Virus record (IMG/VR): IMGVR_UViG_3300047560_001406
Span: 735 to 64,734 of that record
Reading direction: 5' to 3' (one strand)
Length of the DNA stretch: 64,000 nt
Source of the DNA: a virus
Lineage: Duplodnaviria; Caudoviricetes
Shown: one piece after another, positions 30,601 to 40,693 of the stretch
How the letters are laid out: every line of letters starts with the position of its first letter
How positions within the stretch are numbered: the stretch's first letter is position 1
Translations under genes and position numbers: made by a program
Notes under the pieces: model-generated
What the model was told of the DNA's origin: nothing
Seen by the model: only the letters and a program-made list of their open reading frames with translations
Database searches by the model: none

Positions 30601-31923
30601 GTCAAATAGACTAATCTTTCCGACAGATGCAAGTAGCTGTCCTACTGGCAATCCACCATTACCTAGATCAGAAAGAGTCTTTGTAACATTTGCAGACTCT
30701 GTCATATTGGTGAAGTCCATGACTAGTCTTGGTGACATTTCAATTAGGTCAAAGGATGCACCATTAGTCTTCATTTGATCTACAACCACACGAATACCAC
30801 GAATGTGCTGATACTTAGAATGTCTCTTTTTTCCAGTCATTGAATCAATAAAGTATGTTGCTGATTCTGTAGATGTTACAGTGTTTCTAAAATCAAGCAC
30901 TTCAGAGTTAGATAGTGACCATCCGTACTGAACTGCAAATTTGCGATATCCAGCAGATGTATATATAAAGAAATTTCCAGATTCATTATCTGATGTTTTT
31001 ACCAAATATGTACTACCAACTTCTGGAGAGGTTGGAAGCATTTGTTCTGAAATCAATGTTTTCTTATAATTAAAAATAGCATCATAATCTTTTGGAATAA
31101 TAGCACCATAATATAATTCTACATAACCATCTGGACCAACTACTGGAGAACCATCATTTCTAACACTAAAAGGATTAAAGGATGCTGCGTCCACCCAAGT
31201 ATCATTCTCATCAAGGTATTGAATTCTCCATAGACTTGGTGTCTTACTATTCTGTTCACCATAGAATGGGTCATTTAGTTGCCCACCAGAATTTGATACA
31301 AATGGGCCCTGATTAATTGATCCAATATGAGTTTGCATTTTTACAACTATTCTATTTGCAGGAACACTATTAGAATAAACAATAAAAGGGGCTGCATCAT
31401 CAATATGATACACGCTATCTAGTGGATAGGAGACACCACGTCTAATACCCTCTGTTCTGTCTGATGTCCAATATTTAAATGGATCATTTCTTGTTGCCAT
31501 GTAATAACGTGGTCGCTTAGCCATGTCTTTATTGCTGTGATGAAAATATCCAGTAAATGCTTTTGCTTTATTGATACCAGAGCGTGGTCTAAACTTATTA
31601 AAACAATCTTCAAGTGAGAATAAGAACTTTGTCTGATCTTTTGGTGGAGTAAACAGTAATGGCCGATTGCTATTACTTACACCACCATCAATAGTTATGT
31701 CTGCATCTGTAGCTCCAGTATAAAAATTACCAGAATCATATTTATCATATGTAGATAGAATTGTTTTATATACAGATGTGCTATCTGTTGGGCGATGTCT
31801 ATAGTTTCCCATTCTTTCAAAGTTTTGTGGAATATTCATATTCCATTCAGCAAATATCGATGACGATACGCTAATATTTGAAGATTTTTCTAGATGTGCT
31901 AGAAGATTTTTATTACCAAACAT
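27676..31923 (-). CDS. Large minor tail (tail tip/hub) protein
   Basis: 1415 aa, second gene after the tape measure; C-terminal LQLGDIVQV motif. Confidence 0.7.
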   Translation of the reverse strand: MFGNKNLLAHLEKSSNISVSSSIFAEWNMNIPQNFERMGNYRHRPTDSTSVYKTILSTYDKYDSGNFYTGATDADITIDGGVSNSNRPLLFTPPKDQTKFLFSLEDCFNKFRPRSGINKAKAFTGYFHHSNKDMAKRPRYYMATRNDPFKYWTSDRTEGIRRGVSYPLDSVYHIDDAAPFIVYSNSVPANRIVVKMQTHIGSINQGPFVSNSGGQLNDPFYGEQNSKTPSLWRIQYLDENDTWVDAASFNPFSVRNDGSPVVGPDGYVELYYGAIIPKDYDAIFNYKKTLISEQMLPTSPEVGSTYLVKTSDNESGNFFIYTSAGYRKFAVQYGWSLSNSEVLDFRNTVTSTESATYFIDSMTGKKRHSKYQHIRGIRVVVDQMKTNGASFDLIEMSPRLVMDFTNMTESANVTKTLSDLGNGGLPVGQLLASVGKISLFDYDEIFNENNKLSVIAPYLDQMIKFMVYEQITDNSGSKYLIPIKTLYSSNRPTVDANTRDVSFDLRDLTFLFEQSMAPEILLVDVSLSVAISTLLDYVGFSNYKFLRMDGETELTIPYFYTNSDQSIMQVLQDLAVSSQSAIFFDEENNLIVMSKGYMLPDSTPSRDTSMILSGEKTNLIDANIESISSQESKVFNGGSISFQEKYIQRSYGSVKQAFFIDRDKTWFYKPALLWEASGSLNTKSQNGQMTNSSSYTLSAIPLNSNLSDSIPTVVNNSIINNIIDFAEGSYFLSRYNGYFFANGEIIKYDAVEYAITGKASTVWIQDTQEYSNYFQELKFGGAMFPTGRVRIYCEPKYETVNGIVRFKDGAVEKHGRGQFGTPIVSHSAGLGNEWSNADGANPTRGCSMSFTDLISFDEAQATAKSKTLSVGAAGIENAKVVTCSRNGIIRNSLSGTYKTDAKINQLKATEVGTVQSSALVMEGPTFTADTKATDYISYVPKSLNRPYAHFSTRLRIIGRPEKGTNKIQSPIGSMGYYDNGQIGGSSAGLAVMLNSSTNVGYYFEIMALTNDSATGKDDITLNNVMFYKIKSSSSGAAVPVRLWSGTANILVDSGDFTGQSRIAGSQNPTVYDIAVEYEDIAKNGIRRFHLYINNQNVAIVDDNDPLPAYQNIAPFVRGTSRAMFENISAISKKYSSDSSANLGTPINSIFNDDIVDISESMRKYAMSGTIQKTYLSDISSQQGPAYDMYFDEFGTIMREAAYFNIKYDKAFPALSAKISPTPSRLKGYTVSGFLPNAYGAEFLVFNHTDTAISLDETTGNYLRIQGVTFTQNSDRKLTVDDYYKYNSDFSNVDGIISGTNSPYKVEKEYFDIKASRAAYGTNEFSLTSKYIQNEDSARSLMGWLVAKTMKPRKQLGLSVFAGSVLQLGDIVQVFWTDDAGVDQLVDRKKKFVVYHIEYSVTPDGPSSQVFVSEVI

Positions 31924-32561
31924 TATACCTCTTCTAGCGAGATAGAGATATTCCAGAGATCATGATTGCCACCACGTTTAACAACATCGTAATCAAATGA
32001 TGATACATACATCTCTAGTGCCTGTGGATATTCTGCAATTCTTTCATACCTCTCGCTATCCTTGGCAAATTCATTATACTTGTCATATGATAGGTATACC
32101 CAGAAAGACCCTTGATTGTTTTCATACCACTCAACAATATCTACTCCTCCTGCACCACCATCACTTGTTATTTTTTGTGATGCAACCAAGTTTGAGTCTG
32201 GCTTACCCGTTGCAGTATCAAAGCTTGGATATGTTGCAAATCCTCTTGATGGAAGAAGGTTCCATGAGACAGAGATATTCATCTTATCTGCAATATGATA
32301 TGAACGCATCTGTCCATTAACCATACGCTTACGTGTCTGAATTCTATTTGTTTTAAAAGCCAGTGGCTGTCTATTATCATCTGATAATATCAAAAACTGA
32401 TCTTGTAGAGATTCTGCTGTATTAGCTGGAACAGCATCATTCATTTCAAGACCGTATGGTACATACTTGCCATTTATGATTAGTGGTTCATTCTTAGACC
32501 ACATCATTGCATGTGGGCGTGAGTATTGCTTACGTCCAGCTATATATGCATTTGTAGCCAT
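31923..32561 (-). CDS. Distal tail protein-like
   Basis: Directly after the tape measure; RMVNGQMRSY...WNISISLEEV. Confidence 0.65.
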   Translation of the reverse strand: MATNAYIAGRKQYSRPHAMMWSKNEPLIINGKYVPYGLEMNDAVPANTAESLQDQFLILSDDNRQPLAFKTNRIQTRKRMVNGQMRSYHIADKMNISVSWNLLPSRGFATYPSFDTATGKPDSNLVASQKITSDGGAGGVDIVEWYENNQGSFWVYLSYDKYNEFAKDSERYERIAEYPQALEMYVSSFDYDVVKRGGNHDLWNISISLEEV

Positions 32562-35500
32562 TAAATTCTAACTCCTCTAATCTTTTGTGAATCTACCGCT
32601 CTAATTCTGCCCATTACTGTATTTGCGATGTCTTGTGCACCTGCATTACCGTTTGCAGAGTTAACAGTTATACTATAATTATACACTGAAGAATTGTTAA
32701 CATTAGACTTATTAGTTGCATTAATTCTAGGTGCTGGAGAGTTTCCAGGTGTACGGTGTACTGGGGCAGATAGTGAAGGAACGTAGCTTCCGCTATTTAG
32801 TGCCTTCATCATTCCAATTCCATACTTGCTTACAGAAGCCTTATTCATTACAAACTCTCCAGGTGTTAGCATAGCTGGCACTGTATCTGTTCCAGATGAT
32901 TGCCAGTTAATCAAACCACCGAAGGCTTTCTTAATAACATTAACAGTTTGTCCTGGATAGATTAGGTTTGGATTAGAGATTTGTGGATTGGCCTTAATGA
33001 TTTCAGCAGTTGTCATTCCATTCTTAGCTGCAAGACCAGACAAGGTATCTCCAGACTTTACAGTAACAGTGCCCTTTGTTCCAGTTCCAGTAGAACCTGT
33101 TCCAGTAGAACCAGATGCTGCTGGAGCAGATCCATTAGTAACTGTATTAATTACGTGTGTTGTTGTAATAGTTGTATTTAGACTATTCCAAGCAGCGACA
33201 AGACTGTTAGCAGTTCCAAGTGCTTTATCAATTTGCTCCTTGTACTTTTCAGAATTTGTACGTGCAGTATCAACCTTGCTCTTAATCTGCTCCCATTCAT
33301 CCTTGTTCTTTCCAAGTACTGTGATGCTATCTGTAGCTGCCTTAAGCTTCATCTCTGCCTGTCTTCTTGCTTCTTCGGCTGGTTTTAGAATGTTTTCTTC
33401 TTCAGCAAAAATTTGCTTCTTTAGGTCTAGAATTGATGCTTCAAGCTGTGCTCTAGTTCTTCCGTTTGAATCTGTAAGTGCAGCTAGCTCAGCCTGCTTT
33501 GCAGTATCCATAGCTTGCTTTTGAGATTCCATGGCTGCTGATGCATCTGATGCTCTCTTATCTTCAATTGCCTTAGCAGCTGCAGCAATATCACCTTGGG
33601 TTATAGCGTCAGCAATGGTAAGTTGCTCTTTATTTTGACGTGTTATAGCATCATTTGCTTTTTGAATCTTATCAAGTGCTTGGCTTCTTGCTTCGTACTT
33701 TTTGTTTACTTCATCTTCTTTCCAGGAGATTTCTGTAATGCCAGCATTGAATTTATTCATCTGGTTATTCATACCAGCTATCTTGTTTTGTGAAGTTTCA
33801 ATTGCTTTATCAATTTCCTTCATATTTACAAGTGTGCCATTTTTACCGCTTAGATTTGTTCCAAGCTTAAAGTCTAGCTGGATTGCATTTTCTTGTGCAG
33901 AGAACTTCTCTTGAATTTTACTATACATATCATCAAAGACTGATTGCATTCCTTCTGGAGTAGCCATCTTAATCTGAAGTTGAATATCTGCATTTGCACG
34001 GACCTTCTTTAATGCTTCAGCAAGTTGTTCTGCATTTACCTTTCCAGCCTTAAAGCTAGCAACTAAATTCTCATTACCCATTAATTGATCAATCTCAGCT
34101 GCAGAAGCTCCAGTTTTTGCAAGAGCAGTTGCCATTGCAGCTTGATTCTTAAGCTTTTCTTTTTCCACATTCATTTCTGCTGAGAAATTATTATATCCAT
34201 TTTTAGCTCTAGCAGCAGCAACAGCCTTAGCAGCATCAGCTAATTGCTTTAATTGCTTAGCTGTCTTTGCAGCAGCAACACCAGCAGCAATAGTTGGATC
34301 TTGGGCCATCTCAAAAGCAGTTGCCATATCAACACCAGCTTTTTTCAATTTAGTATAAGCACTAAGTGAGTTTACAATCTCAGCTTTCTGTTGCTTTAGT
34401 GAATCAACTGCATCCTTAAATGGATTTGCCTTTGTGCTGCCACCAGATGAGCTAATCTTGCTCCACTCACTGTTTGCCTTTAAGAATGCTGCTAAACCTT
34501 CAATATCTTTTGCAGTCCCCTTAGCAATAATAGCTGCTCTAATAGTTTCATCATTTGAAGCAGCAAGAGCATCAGCTGCCGAATATCCTGCATCTATCAA
34601 CATATGATAAGCGTCAATCTGCTCTTGAAGCCCTTGTGTTTTTGCCTTAAGATATACAGCACTTGCATCAACAGCTTGCTTCTTTACTTCTGCTGCACGT
34701 GCCTTATCTGTATCTCTAGCAAGCTTTCCATATGATGCACCAAGAACTGAAACTGCAGATGCACCCTTTTTAATCTTATTAACCTGACCCTCTGTAATTA
34801 CACCACCAGCTGCAGTATATTGTGCCATATAAAGCTTATCTCTATAGTCTGTAATGTCCTTTGTCTGTTCCTTAAATGCTGGACCAAGTTGATCCTCAAG
34901 TACTGGGATAAACTTTGCTAATTGTTCATCAGATAACTTTTGGAATGGACCATAGATGCCATCTACTGTTTCAATAAGTTTATCAGCACTTATTGTCTGA
35001 TCAGAAAATGCCTGGCTAATTGCTTGTGTTGAGGCAACTGTTTCAGATGCAGCTAGAGCCATTTCTTTTCTAATGTCATCGTTCATGCCCATTGCCTGGC
35101 CACCCTGCATACCGCCATATGCAGCAGACCATGATGACCCTCGTCCCGTATATGCAGGACCAGTGTTTGTCATATCTTGCACTGGTGGCTTGTAGTTCTT
35201 AAACGCTGTTGACAATGCATTTGCTGAAGTTTGTGCAGAATCTGTAATAGCCTTTGTTGATTCTGGATTTTTTGGATCAAAAATAGTTCCAATAATTTTA
35301 CCAACATTAACTTTCTTAAGTTCTGGATTATTTTCAACAGAATCAATTAGGGTTCTAATTTGGGCACCGACTGCTTCTTTTGTAGCTCCAGCAGCATACA
35401 TCTGACGTGCCTGACTTGAAAGAGCTCTTGTGGCCTGATTTGCAGAAGCATTACCCAAACCATTAATAGCTGCTCTATTTTCATCTTTAAACTTATTTAG

Positions 35501-38500
35501 TTTATCTTCTGTTGTATTACCCTCGTATACAGATAGCAGTTTATCTTTTGCACTAAGGGTCTTTGAGTCACCAGCAGCGACATCCTTTGTCCCAATACGT
35601 GCACCAAGGTCTACAGCCTTTGCAGGATCAAATCCAAAAGCATCGCCAATTTTCTGAAGCTTGTCTGATGTTAATAGAGCAGCATCTCCAAGACCAGTAA
35701 TTTTTTCTTGAGCAATCTTTGCCTGTTCATTTAGGAACTTAAGTGCTTCGAAGGCTAGTAATGCTCCGCCAATCCATGGGATTGCTCTAGCAAATAATCC
35801 AGCTACGCCAGTCAGTCCCTTGCTAAAACCAAGAATAGATCCACCAAGATTTTTAAGTCCACTAAAGAATCCACCCTTGAATAATCCTGCTACCTGCTTG
35901 AATGAACCCAAGTTTGCTGCATTAGCTGCTGCAGTTACCATTTCACTCTTGCCAAGAAGCTGTGTTACGGATGTTAGTGTAAACATGGCATTAGATAGTG
36001 TTGAGATTACATTTCCAAGTGCCCCAAGATTTACTCCAAAACCCTGTAGCATAAACATTGCTGAGCTAATAGCTCCAGAAATACCCATCATCTTGCTTGA
36101 TAATGTATTAAAGTGGTTTGCTATAAATCCTGATTCTTTTCCTGCATTTTCAAGTCCAGTAGTCAGTGTTTTTAGAACAGCAGGTGGAATTGCATCAACT
36201 GATCCAAATTTTCTTCTTGCTGCCTTTAGTTCTGGAGTAATAGTCATTCCTCCGTAAAGGTTTGATTTAGACGCAGCTGATTGTGCTAATGCATCCCCAG
36301 CTTGCTCTCCAACTTTTCTTGCTTCATCAATCTTTGACTTTGCACCAATCTTAAAACCTTCGCCAGTTTGTTCACCAATAATCTGAGCTTCTTGTGATGG
36401 TGATTGAATATCTAGTTGTTGCTTAGCACCTATCTGAATTCCCTCAGTTACAGATGTAGCAGCAGCTTCAGCAATCTGAATTCCTAGCTTATGAGCCTCT
36501 TGCTCAATCATCATTAAGCGTTTTCTCTTATCCTCTTCTTGGATAATAGCAGTTGCAGCAGATGGGTTCTGCTTCTTAATTGCATCAAATGCTGGAGTGT
36601 ATCTTTCTGGAATATCTCTCTTAGATACACGTGGGAAATAAGACTGACTTGGATCTGGAGAATACTCTAGACCTGCCTCAAAGTTTTTACGGCGTTGTGC
36701 ATCAGCTTTATAGAATGGACTTGCAGATGTTCTATCTGTTAAGCTTAATCTATTAAGTGAGTTTCCACCTTTTACATTTTTAATAGAAGATGCAAAACCA
36801 CTAATCTGAGATAGTTCGCTATAGGCTTTCTTTAACTCTTCCTTACCCTTTTTAGCAGTTTTTAATACTGTTTCATATGCTTGCTGAATAACACCATCAA
36901 GATCTTCTCCAGTCATCAAAACATCATCACCAAATTGAGACAGACCCTTGTCTACCTGATCTGCCAACTCTGTCATTATGCTCTTTATGGTTTCTGGATC
37001 AACTCCGTTTCTTTGAAGCTGTGAGGCCATCATTCCATGTGCTTGTTCTCTTGAACCAGCAAACTCAGCCTTAACTGCAGCTGCACTAGCTGTTTGACCG
37101 CTACCAGATCTACCAAAAGCATTATTTAATGTTGCAGACATTGATACAACACGGTTATCATATACCTGGAATAGGTGGTCCATAACCTGTTCTGTTGTAA
37201 CTCCAAGATTTTTAGCTTCGGCTTCAAGCTTTTTAAGTATTGCATTCCATAGGTTTGATCCCTTTTCTGCAAGTGCAAGCATATCTCTACCAGCCATCTG
37301 CTGGAATCCAGAGAAGTGTGCCTGCTCATATCCACCAGGACCTTGTCTGCTGTGCATTCTTTCGCCAGCAACTCCATTATCTTTATATCCAGGAATTTGA
37401 ATCTTTTGTCCAGATAGAAGTGCAGCTACGATTCCAGGATTCTTATCAACAGTATCTACTGAAAGAACTACTTCTCCATTTGAAAGGTTTGCAGGAATAG
37501 CATCATCCTTCGGACCACCTGGTCCTTGAACGACCATTCCACCATCTGCAAAATTCTTTGCTTTTCCAGCACCTCTTGCTACAGACCCCTTTGCACCGCC
37601 AAATCTTGCCTGTGCAGCTGCAGCCTTATCAAGTGCATCTCTAAGCATAAAGATTGCACCAGCCTCAGACGTAAATGTCTGTGTAAGTTTGCTATGTACT
37701 TGATCAAGGTTTGCAGCAACTGTTGCAGCTTGTAATTGTTCTGCAGACATATACTGTGTCTGCAATCCTAAGTCTGTAGTTTCATTCTTTGCACCAGTAA
37801 TAAAATTCTTAATTGCTAAGAATCCCTTAAGTCCGTTAGCAACAGCGTTAGCAATAAGACCAAATGTCATAATAAATACTGGAGCGATACCTCCAACAAT
37901 ACCGATAAGGGCTGTTATAAATCCTTTAGCACCATCAGACATGTTGTTGAATACATTAAGAATCTTTGTACCAAAATCAATAACTGGTGTAAGCATCTTC
38001 ATAAACTGCTCACCAACAGGGGCCATGGCTGCATTAAACTTTTCAATAGCTGATTGGAATTTGTAGAGTGGTGACTGCTCTACCTGACCAAGTTCCTTAC
38101 GTGAAATAGCAGCTAACTGTGCAGTAGTCATGTTTGTTAGCTCTAGAACCTTTTGTGCCTGAGTTCCTTCTGCTACAACGTTCTTGAATAGTGTTGACAT
38201 ACGAGCAAACTGGAACTTACCAAACAATTGTTCAATTGCCTGTGCTCTTGTTGTAGGATCTAGCTGATCAAGTGCTTTTCCAAACTCTGTAATTATTCCA
38301 GTTACATTGCCCTTGTTTTGATCAATAATTTCTTTTAAATTAATTCCCATTCCAAGTAACATATTCGATGCTTTTGCTGTAGGGTTAATTAATGATGCAA
38401 GACCAGACTTTAGAGCGTTAGCACCTTCAGATGCATTAATGCCACCCTCTTTCATAGCTGTCATAAAGAATGCGAGGTCTTCTACACTACCACCAAGTTG

Positions 38501-39547
38501 TTTAATAACTGGTCCAGCCTTTGGAATAGCTTCTGTTAAATCTTGAATATTTAATACTGTTTGGTTTTCAACACCGTTAAGGAAGTTTACTTTATTTGTA
38601 AGTTGGTCTGCTGAATATCCAAAAGCATTTGTAAGTGAGATAGTTGTCTCTAGTGCTTGCTGTTGGTCTACTCCACCAAGTACGCTTAGAATGCTTGCTT
38701 GGCTTACTTGTGCTAAAAGATCATTACCCTTTTTACCCATAGCAGCTGCATCAGCAGCTAGTTGCATTGTCGTATCTAATGCAACACCATATTTTGTAAA
38801 TTCTAGTCCAAGTGTTCGAAGCTGTGTAATCATCTGATTAGCTTCTTCTGGCGTAGTCATAGAGTCGCCATACACACGCTTAAATCTAATTGATTGTTCT
38901 TCTAGTTTTTTAAATTCCTGTGCAGCTTTTGCACCAAAAATTGACAATGGAATTGTAAAACCAACCATGAGCTGACGACCAGCCCATTGTGTATTCTTAC
39001 CAAAGTTGAGTAGGTTTGTAGATCCTTGCTTTAATACCTGATTAAAAATCTGTGTACGTTGTGCAGCAATTTGTGCTTTTGTTCCAAGATCATTAAGGTC
39101 AAGTGAAAGTGGTCTAATTGAGATTGCTTTTGTTGCACCATTTGCATCTTTTCCAAGAGAAACAAACTGTGTCTGAAGATCCTTAACACGTTCACGAGCA
39201 ACTTTATTAACTGTATCAAATTCATTCTGGAACATTCTAGAAAATGACTTGCTTGATGCCATTCCATAACGGAAATATTCAGTGAGTGATAACTTATTTT
39301 TTTCTAGAGCTCTAGTGAAGTAATCTGTTGTTGTTCCAACAGTTTGGATACTGGCAGAAAATTTACCAGTAGCATTAATATCATCAATTAATGCTTTTTG
39401 AAGATTTTTTGCAACAAGTGCATTGGCCGTTGATGAACTGGCCATTTCTTTCTGAAAGGCTGATATCTGTGCCTGAAGAGCCTTAATAGACGCTAAAGCA
39501 TTAGACGTATCTATGTTGACTTGTATGTTAGACTGGATATCAGCCAT
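32561..39547 (-). CDS. Tail tape measure protein with C-terminal LysM domain
   Basis: 2328 aa helical protein; TP901-like core GGINASEGANALKS; GPGGPKDDAIPANLSNGE and GTDTVPAMLTPGEFV motifs; LysM VKSGDTLSGLA...NPQISNPNLIYPGQ. Confidence 0.93.
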   Translation of the reverse strand: MADIQSNIQVNIDTSNALASIKALQAQISAFQKEMASSSTANALVAKNLQKALIDDINATGKFSASIQTVGTTTDYFTRALEKNKLSLTEYFRYGMASSKSFSRMFQNEFDTVNKVARERVKDLQTQFVSLGKDANGATKAISIRPLSLDLNDLGTKAQIAAQRTQIFNQVLKQGSTNLLNFGKNTQWAGRQLMVGFTIPLSIFGAKAAQEFKKLEEQSIRFKRVYGDSMTTPEEANQMITQLRTLGLEFTKYGVALDTTMQLAADAAAMGKKGNDLLAQVSQASILSVLGGVDQQQALETTISLTNAFGYSADQLTNKVNFLNGVENQTVLNIQDLTEAIPKAGPVIKQLGGSVEDLAFFMTAMKEGGINASEGANALKSGLASLINPTAKASNMLLGMGINLKEIIDQNKGNVTGIITEFGKALDQLDPTTRAQAIEQLFGKFQFARMSTLFKNVVAEGTQAQKVLELTNMTTAQLAAISRKELGQVEQSPLYKFQSAIEKFNAAMAPVGEQFMKMLTPVIDFGTKILNVFNNMSDGAKGFITALIGIVGGIAPVFIMTFGLIANAVANGLKGFLAIKNFITGAKNETTDLGLQTQYMSAEQLQAATVAANLDQVHSKLTQTFTSEAGAIFMLRDALDKAAAAQARFGGAKGSVARGAGKAKNFADGGMVVQGPGGPKDDAIPANLSNGEVVLSVDTVDKNPGIVAALLSGQKIQIPGYKDNGVAGERMHSRQGPGGYEQAHFSGFQQMAGRDMLALAEKGSNLWNAILKKLEAEAKNLGVTTEQVMDHLFQVYDNRVVSMSATLNNAFGRSGSGQTASAAAVKAEFAGSREQAHGMMASQLQRNGVDPETIKSIMTELADQVDKGLSQFGDDVLMTGEDLDGVIQQAYETVLKTAKKGKEELKKAYSELSQISGFASSIKNVKGGNSLNRLSLTDRTSASPFYKADAQRRKNFEAGLEYSPDPSQSYFPRVSKRDIPERYTPAFDAIKKQNPSAATAIIQEEDKRKRLMMIEQEAHKLGIQIAEAAATSVTEGIQIGAKQQLDIQSPSQEAQIIGEQTGEGFKIGAKSKIDEARKVGEQAGDALAQSAASKSNLYGGMTITPELKAARRKFGSVDAIPPAVLKTLTTGLENAGKESGFIANHFNTLSSKMMGISGAISSAMFMLQGFGVNLGALGNVISTLSNAMFTLTSVTQLLGKSEMVTAAANAANLGSFKQVAGLFKGGFFSGLKNLGGSILGFSKGLTGVAGLFARAIPWIGGALLAFEALKFLNEQAKIAQEKITGLGDAALLTSDKLQKIGDAFGFDPAKAVDLGARIGTKDVAAGDSKTLSAKDKLLSVYEGNTTEDKLNKFKDENRAAINGLGNASANQATRALSSQARQMYAAGATKEAVGAQIRTLIDSVENNPELKKVNVGKIIGTIFDPKNPESTKAITDSAQTSANALSTAFKNYKPPVQDMTNTGPAYTGRGSSWSAAYGGMQGGQAMGMNDDIRKEMALAASETVASTQAISQAFSDQTISADKLIETVDGIYGPFQKLSDEQLAKFIPVLEDQLGPAFKEQTKDITDYRDKLYMAQYTAAGGVITEGQVNKIKKGASAVSVLGASYGKLARDTDKARAAEVKKQAVDASAVYLKAKTQGLQEQIDAYHMLIDAGYSAADALAASNDETIRAAIIAKGTAKDIEGLAAFLKANSEWSKISSSGGSTKANPFKDAVDSLKQQKAEIVNSLSAYTKLKKAGVDMATAFEMAQDPTIAAGVAAAKTAKQLKQLADAAKAVAAARAKNGYNNFSAEMNVEKEKLKNQAAMATALAKTGASAAEIDQLMGNENLVASFKAGKVNAEQLAEALKKVRANADIQLQIKMATPEGMQSVFDDMYSKIQEKFSAQENAIQLDFKLGTNLSGKNGTLVNMKEIDKAIETSQNKIAGMNNQMNKFNAGITEISWKEDEVNKKYEARSQALDKIQKANDAITRQNKEQLTIADAITQGDIAAAAKAIEDKRASDASAAMESQKQAMDTAKQAELAALTDSNGRTRAQLEASILDLKKQIFAEEENILKPAEEARRQAEMKLKAATDSITVLGKNKDEWEQIKSKVDTARTNSEKYKEQIDKALGTANSLVAAWNSLNTTITTTHVINTVTNGSAPAASGSTGTGSTGTGTKGTVTVKSGDTLSGLAAKNGMTTAEIIKANPQISNPNLIYPGQTVNVIKKAFGGLINWQSSGTDTVPAMLTPGEFVMNKASVSKYGIGMMKALNSGSYVPSLSAPVHRTPGNSPAPRINATNKSNVNNSSVYNYSITVNSANGNAGAQDIANTVMGRIRAVDSQKIRGVRI

Positions 39548-39565
39548 TCAAAAATTCCACCTCTG

Positions 39566-39877
39566 TTATCCTTGAAGTGAACTTAATCCTTGCCCACCAA
39601 GATCAGCTCCTGATGCTTCCTCAACGATTTTGTACACTGTTGGCAAATCTATATTCTCTTCTAGCTTTGCCTTATCCTCTGCAAGTTCTGGTGCATATTG
39701 CTGCATAGCAATCTGAACGCATTCCATCAGAAGATCGATTGATTTATCATTGTTGTCTGCTACCTTGGCTAGTCCTTCAAACTTCTTCATAAATTGACGA
39801 AGAAGGGACACTCGTAAAGGTCTGATCTCAATTGTGGTTCCATCAATAAGAGTGATTGTTTTCTTTTCCTGAGACAC
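39566..39877 (-). CDS. Tail assembly chaperone (short, G-like)
   Basis: Directly before the tape measure; RBS AAGGAGG with GTG start; paralogous to the N-terminus of 39934..40623. Confidence 0.7.
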   Translation of the reverse strand: MSQEKKTITLIDGTTIEIRPLRVSLLRQFMKKFEGLAKVADNNDKSIDLLMECVQIAMQQYAPELAEDKAKLEENIDLPTVYKIVEEASGADLGGQGLSSLQG

Positions 39878-39933
39878 TGCTCCTCCTTAGAACATATACT
39901 GTGTATTGATATTATTATATCATAGGAACATGC

Positions 39934-40623
39934 TTATTTTTGGCGTAAATCTTCATAGTCTAGCCCCATACCAATTCCAAAGCCAGCTTTAGAAGCATTA
40001 GCTCCTTGATATGCCATTATGTCGTTAGAACTAGTAGCTTTACCACCACTGAATACCCTGGCTTTCATAGCTTCCCATGGATCCTCTTCTTCTTTTCCTC
40101 CACCGAGATCAACACCTTGTATAGCAGCAGTAAACTTCTTATCTTCAAAATCTTTATCACGTTTGGTTGTCAGGAGGGCTGTCATCTCTGGCATCGAAAG
40201 TGACATTTCTAAATCATCAAAGTCTTTCCAAATTCCTAATAAGAACAATTCTGATTCTATCTTAGCTAAGTCAAAGTTAGCCCAACTAGTTCCTTCTTCA
40301 TCATCCTTGGCCTGCTGAGCTATATCTTCTACATCTGGATCAATCTTAATACCAGCAGATAAATAAAGAATTGACTTAATTGCAGCAAGATCAAATCTGT
40401 CTTCTACTTGCGATACTGTCTTTATTTCTGGATAAAATTGTTGTAGGGCTACCCTTGCACAATCAGACATAAAGGTAAGGGCCATCTCATCATTAACAGA
40501 TTGCTTGAGGAAATCAAAAGATTCCATAAATTCTCTTAAGTACTTAACCTTGAGTGGATAGATCTCAATCTCTACCCCATCAATTGTGGATACAGTTCCC
40601 TTAGTATATACAGATGTTGCCAT
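39934..40623 (-). CDS. Tail assembly chaperone (long, GT-like)
   Basis: Follows the major tail gene; G-like N-terminal domain plus LGIWKDFDDLEMSLSMPE extension. Confidence 0.65.
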   Translation of the reverse strand: MATSVYTKGTVSTIDGVEIEIYPLKVKYLREFMESFDFLKQSVNDEMALTFMSDCARVALQQFYPEIKTVSQVEDRFDLAAIKSILYLSAGIKIDPDVEDIAQQAKDDEEGTSWANFDLAKIESELFLLGIWKDFDDLEMSLSMPEMTALLTTKRDKDFEDKKFTAAIQGVDLGGGKEEEDPWEAMKARVFSGGKATSSNDIMAYQGANASKAGFGIGMGLDYEDLRQK

Positions 40624-40637
40624 TAGACTATTATAGC

Positions 40638-40678
40638 AAAAATAAAACTGCCCCAGGAGAGTTTCCCAGGGCAGCTTT
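40638..40678 (-). terminator. Intrinsic terminator after the major tail gene
   Basis: CTGCCCTGGGA-AAC-TCTCCTGGGGCAG followed by TTTTATTTTT. Confidence 0.8.
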
Positions 40679-40693
40679 CTTTATTAAGTTATA

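Noticed and set aside
39878-40300. Programmed -1 frameshift between the tail chaperone genes
   Set aside because: The long gene is one open frame and precedes the short one, which has its own promoter and RBS.
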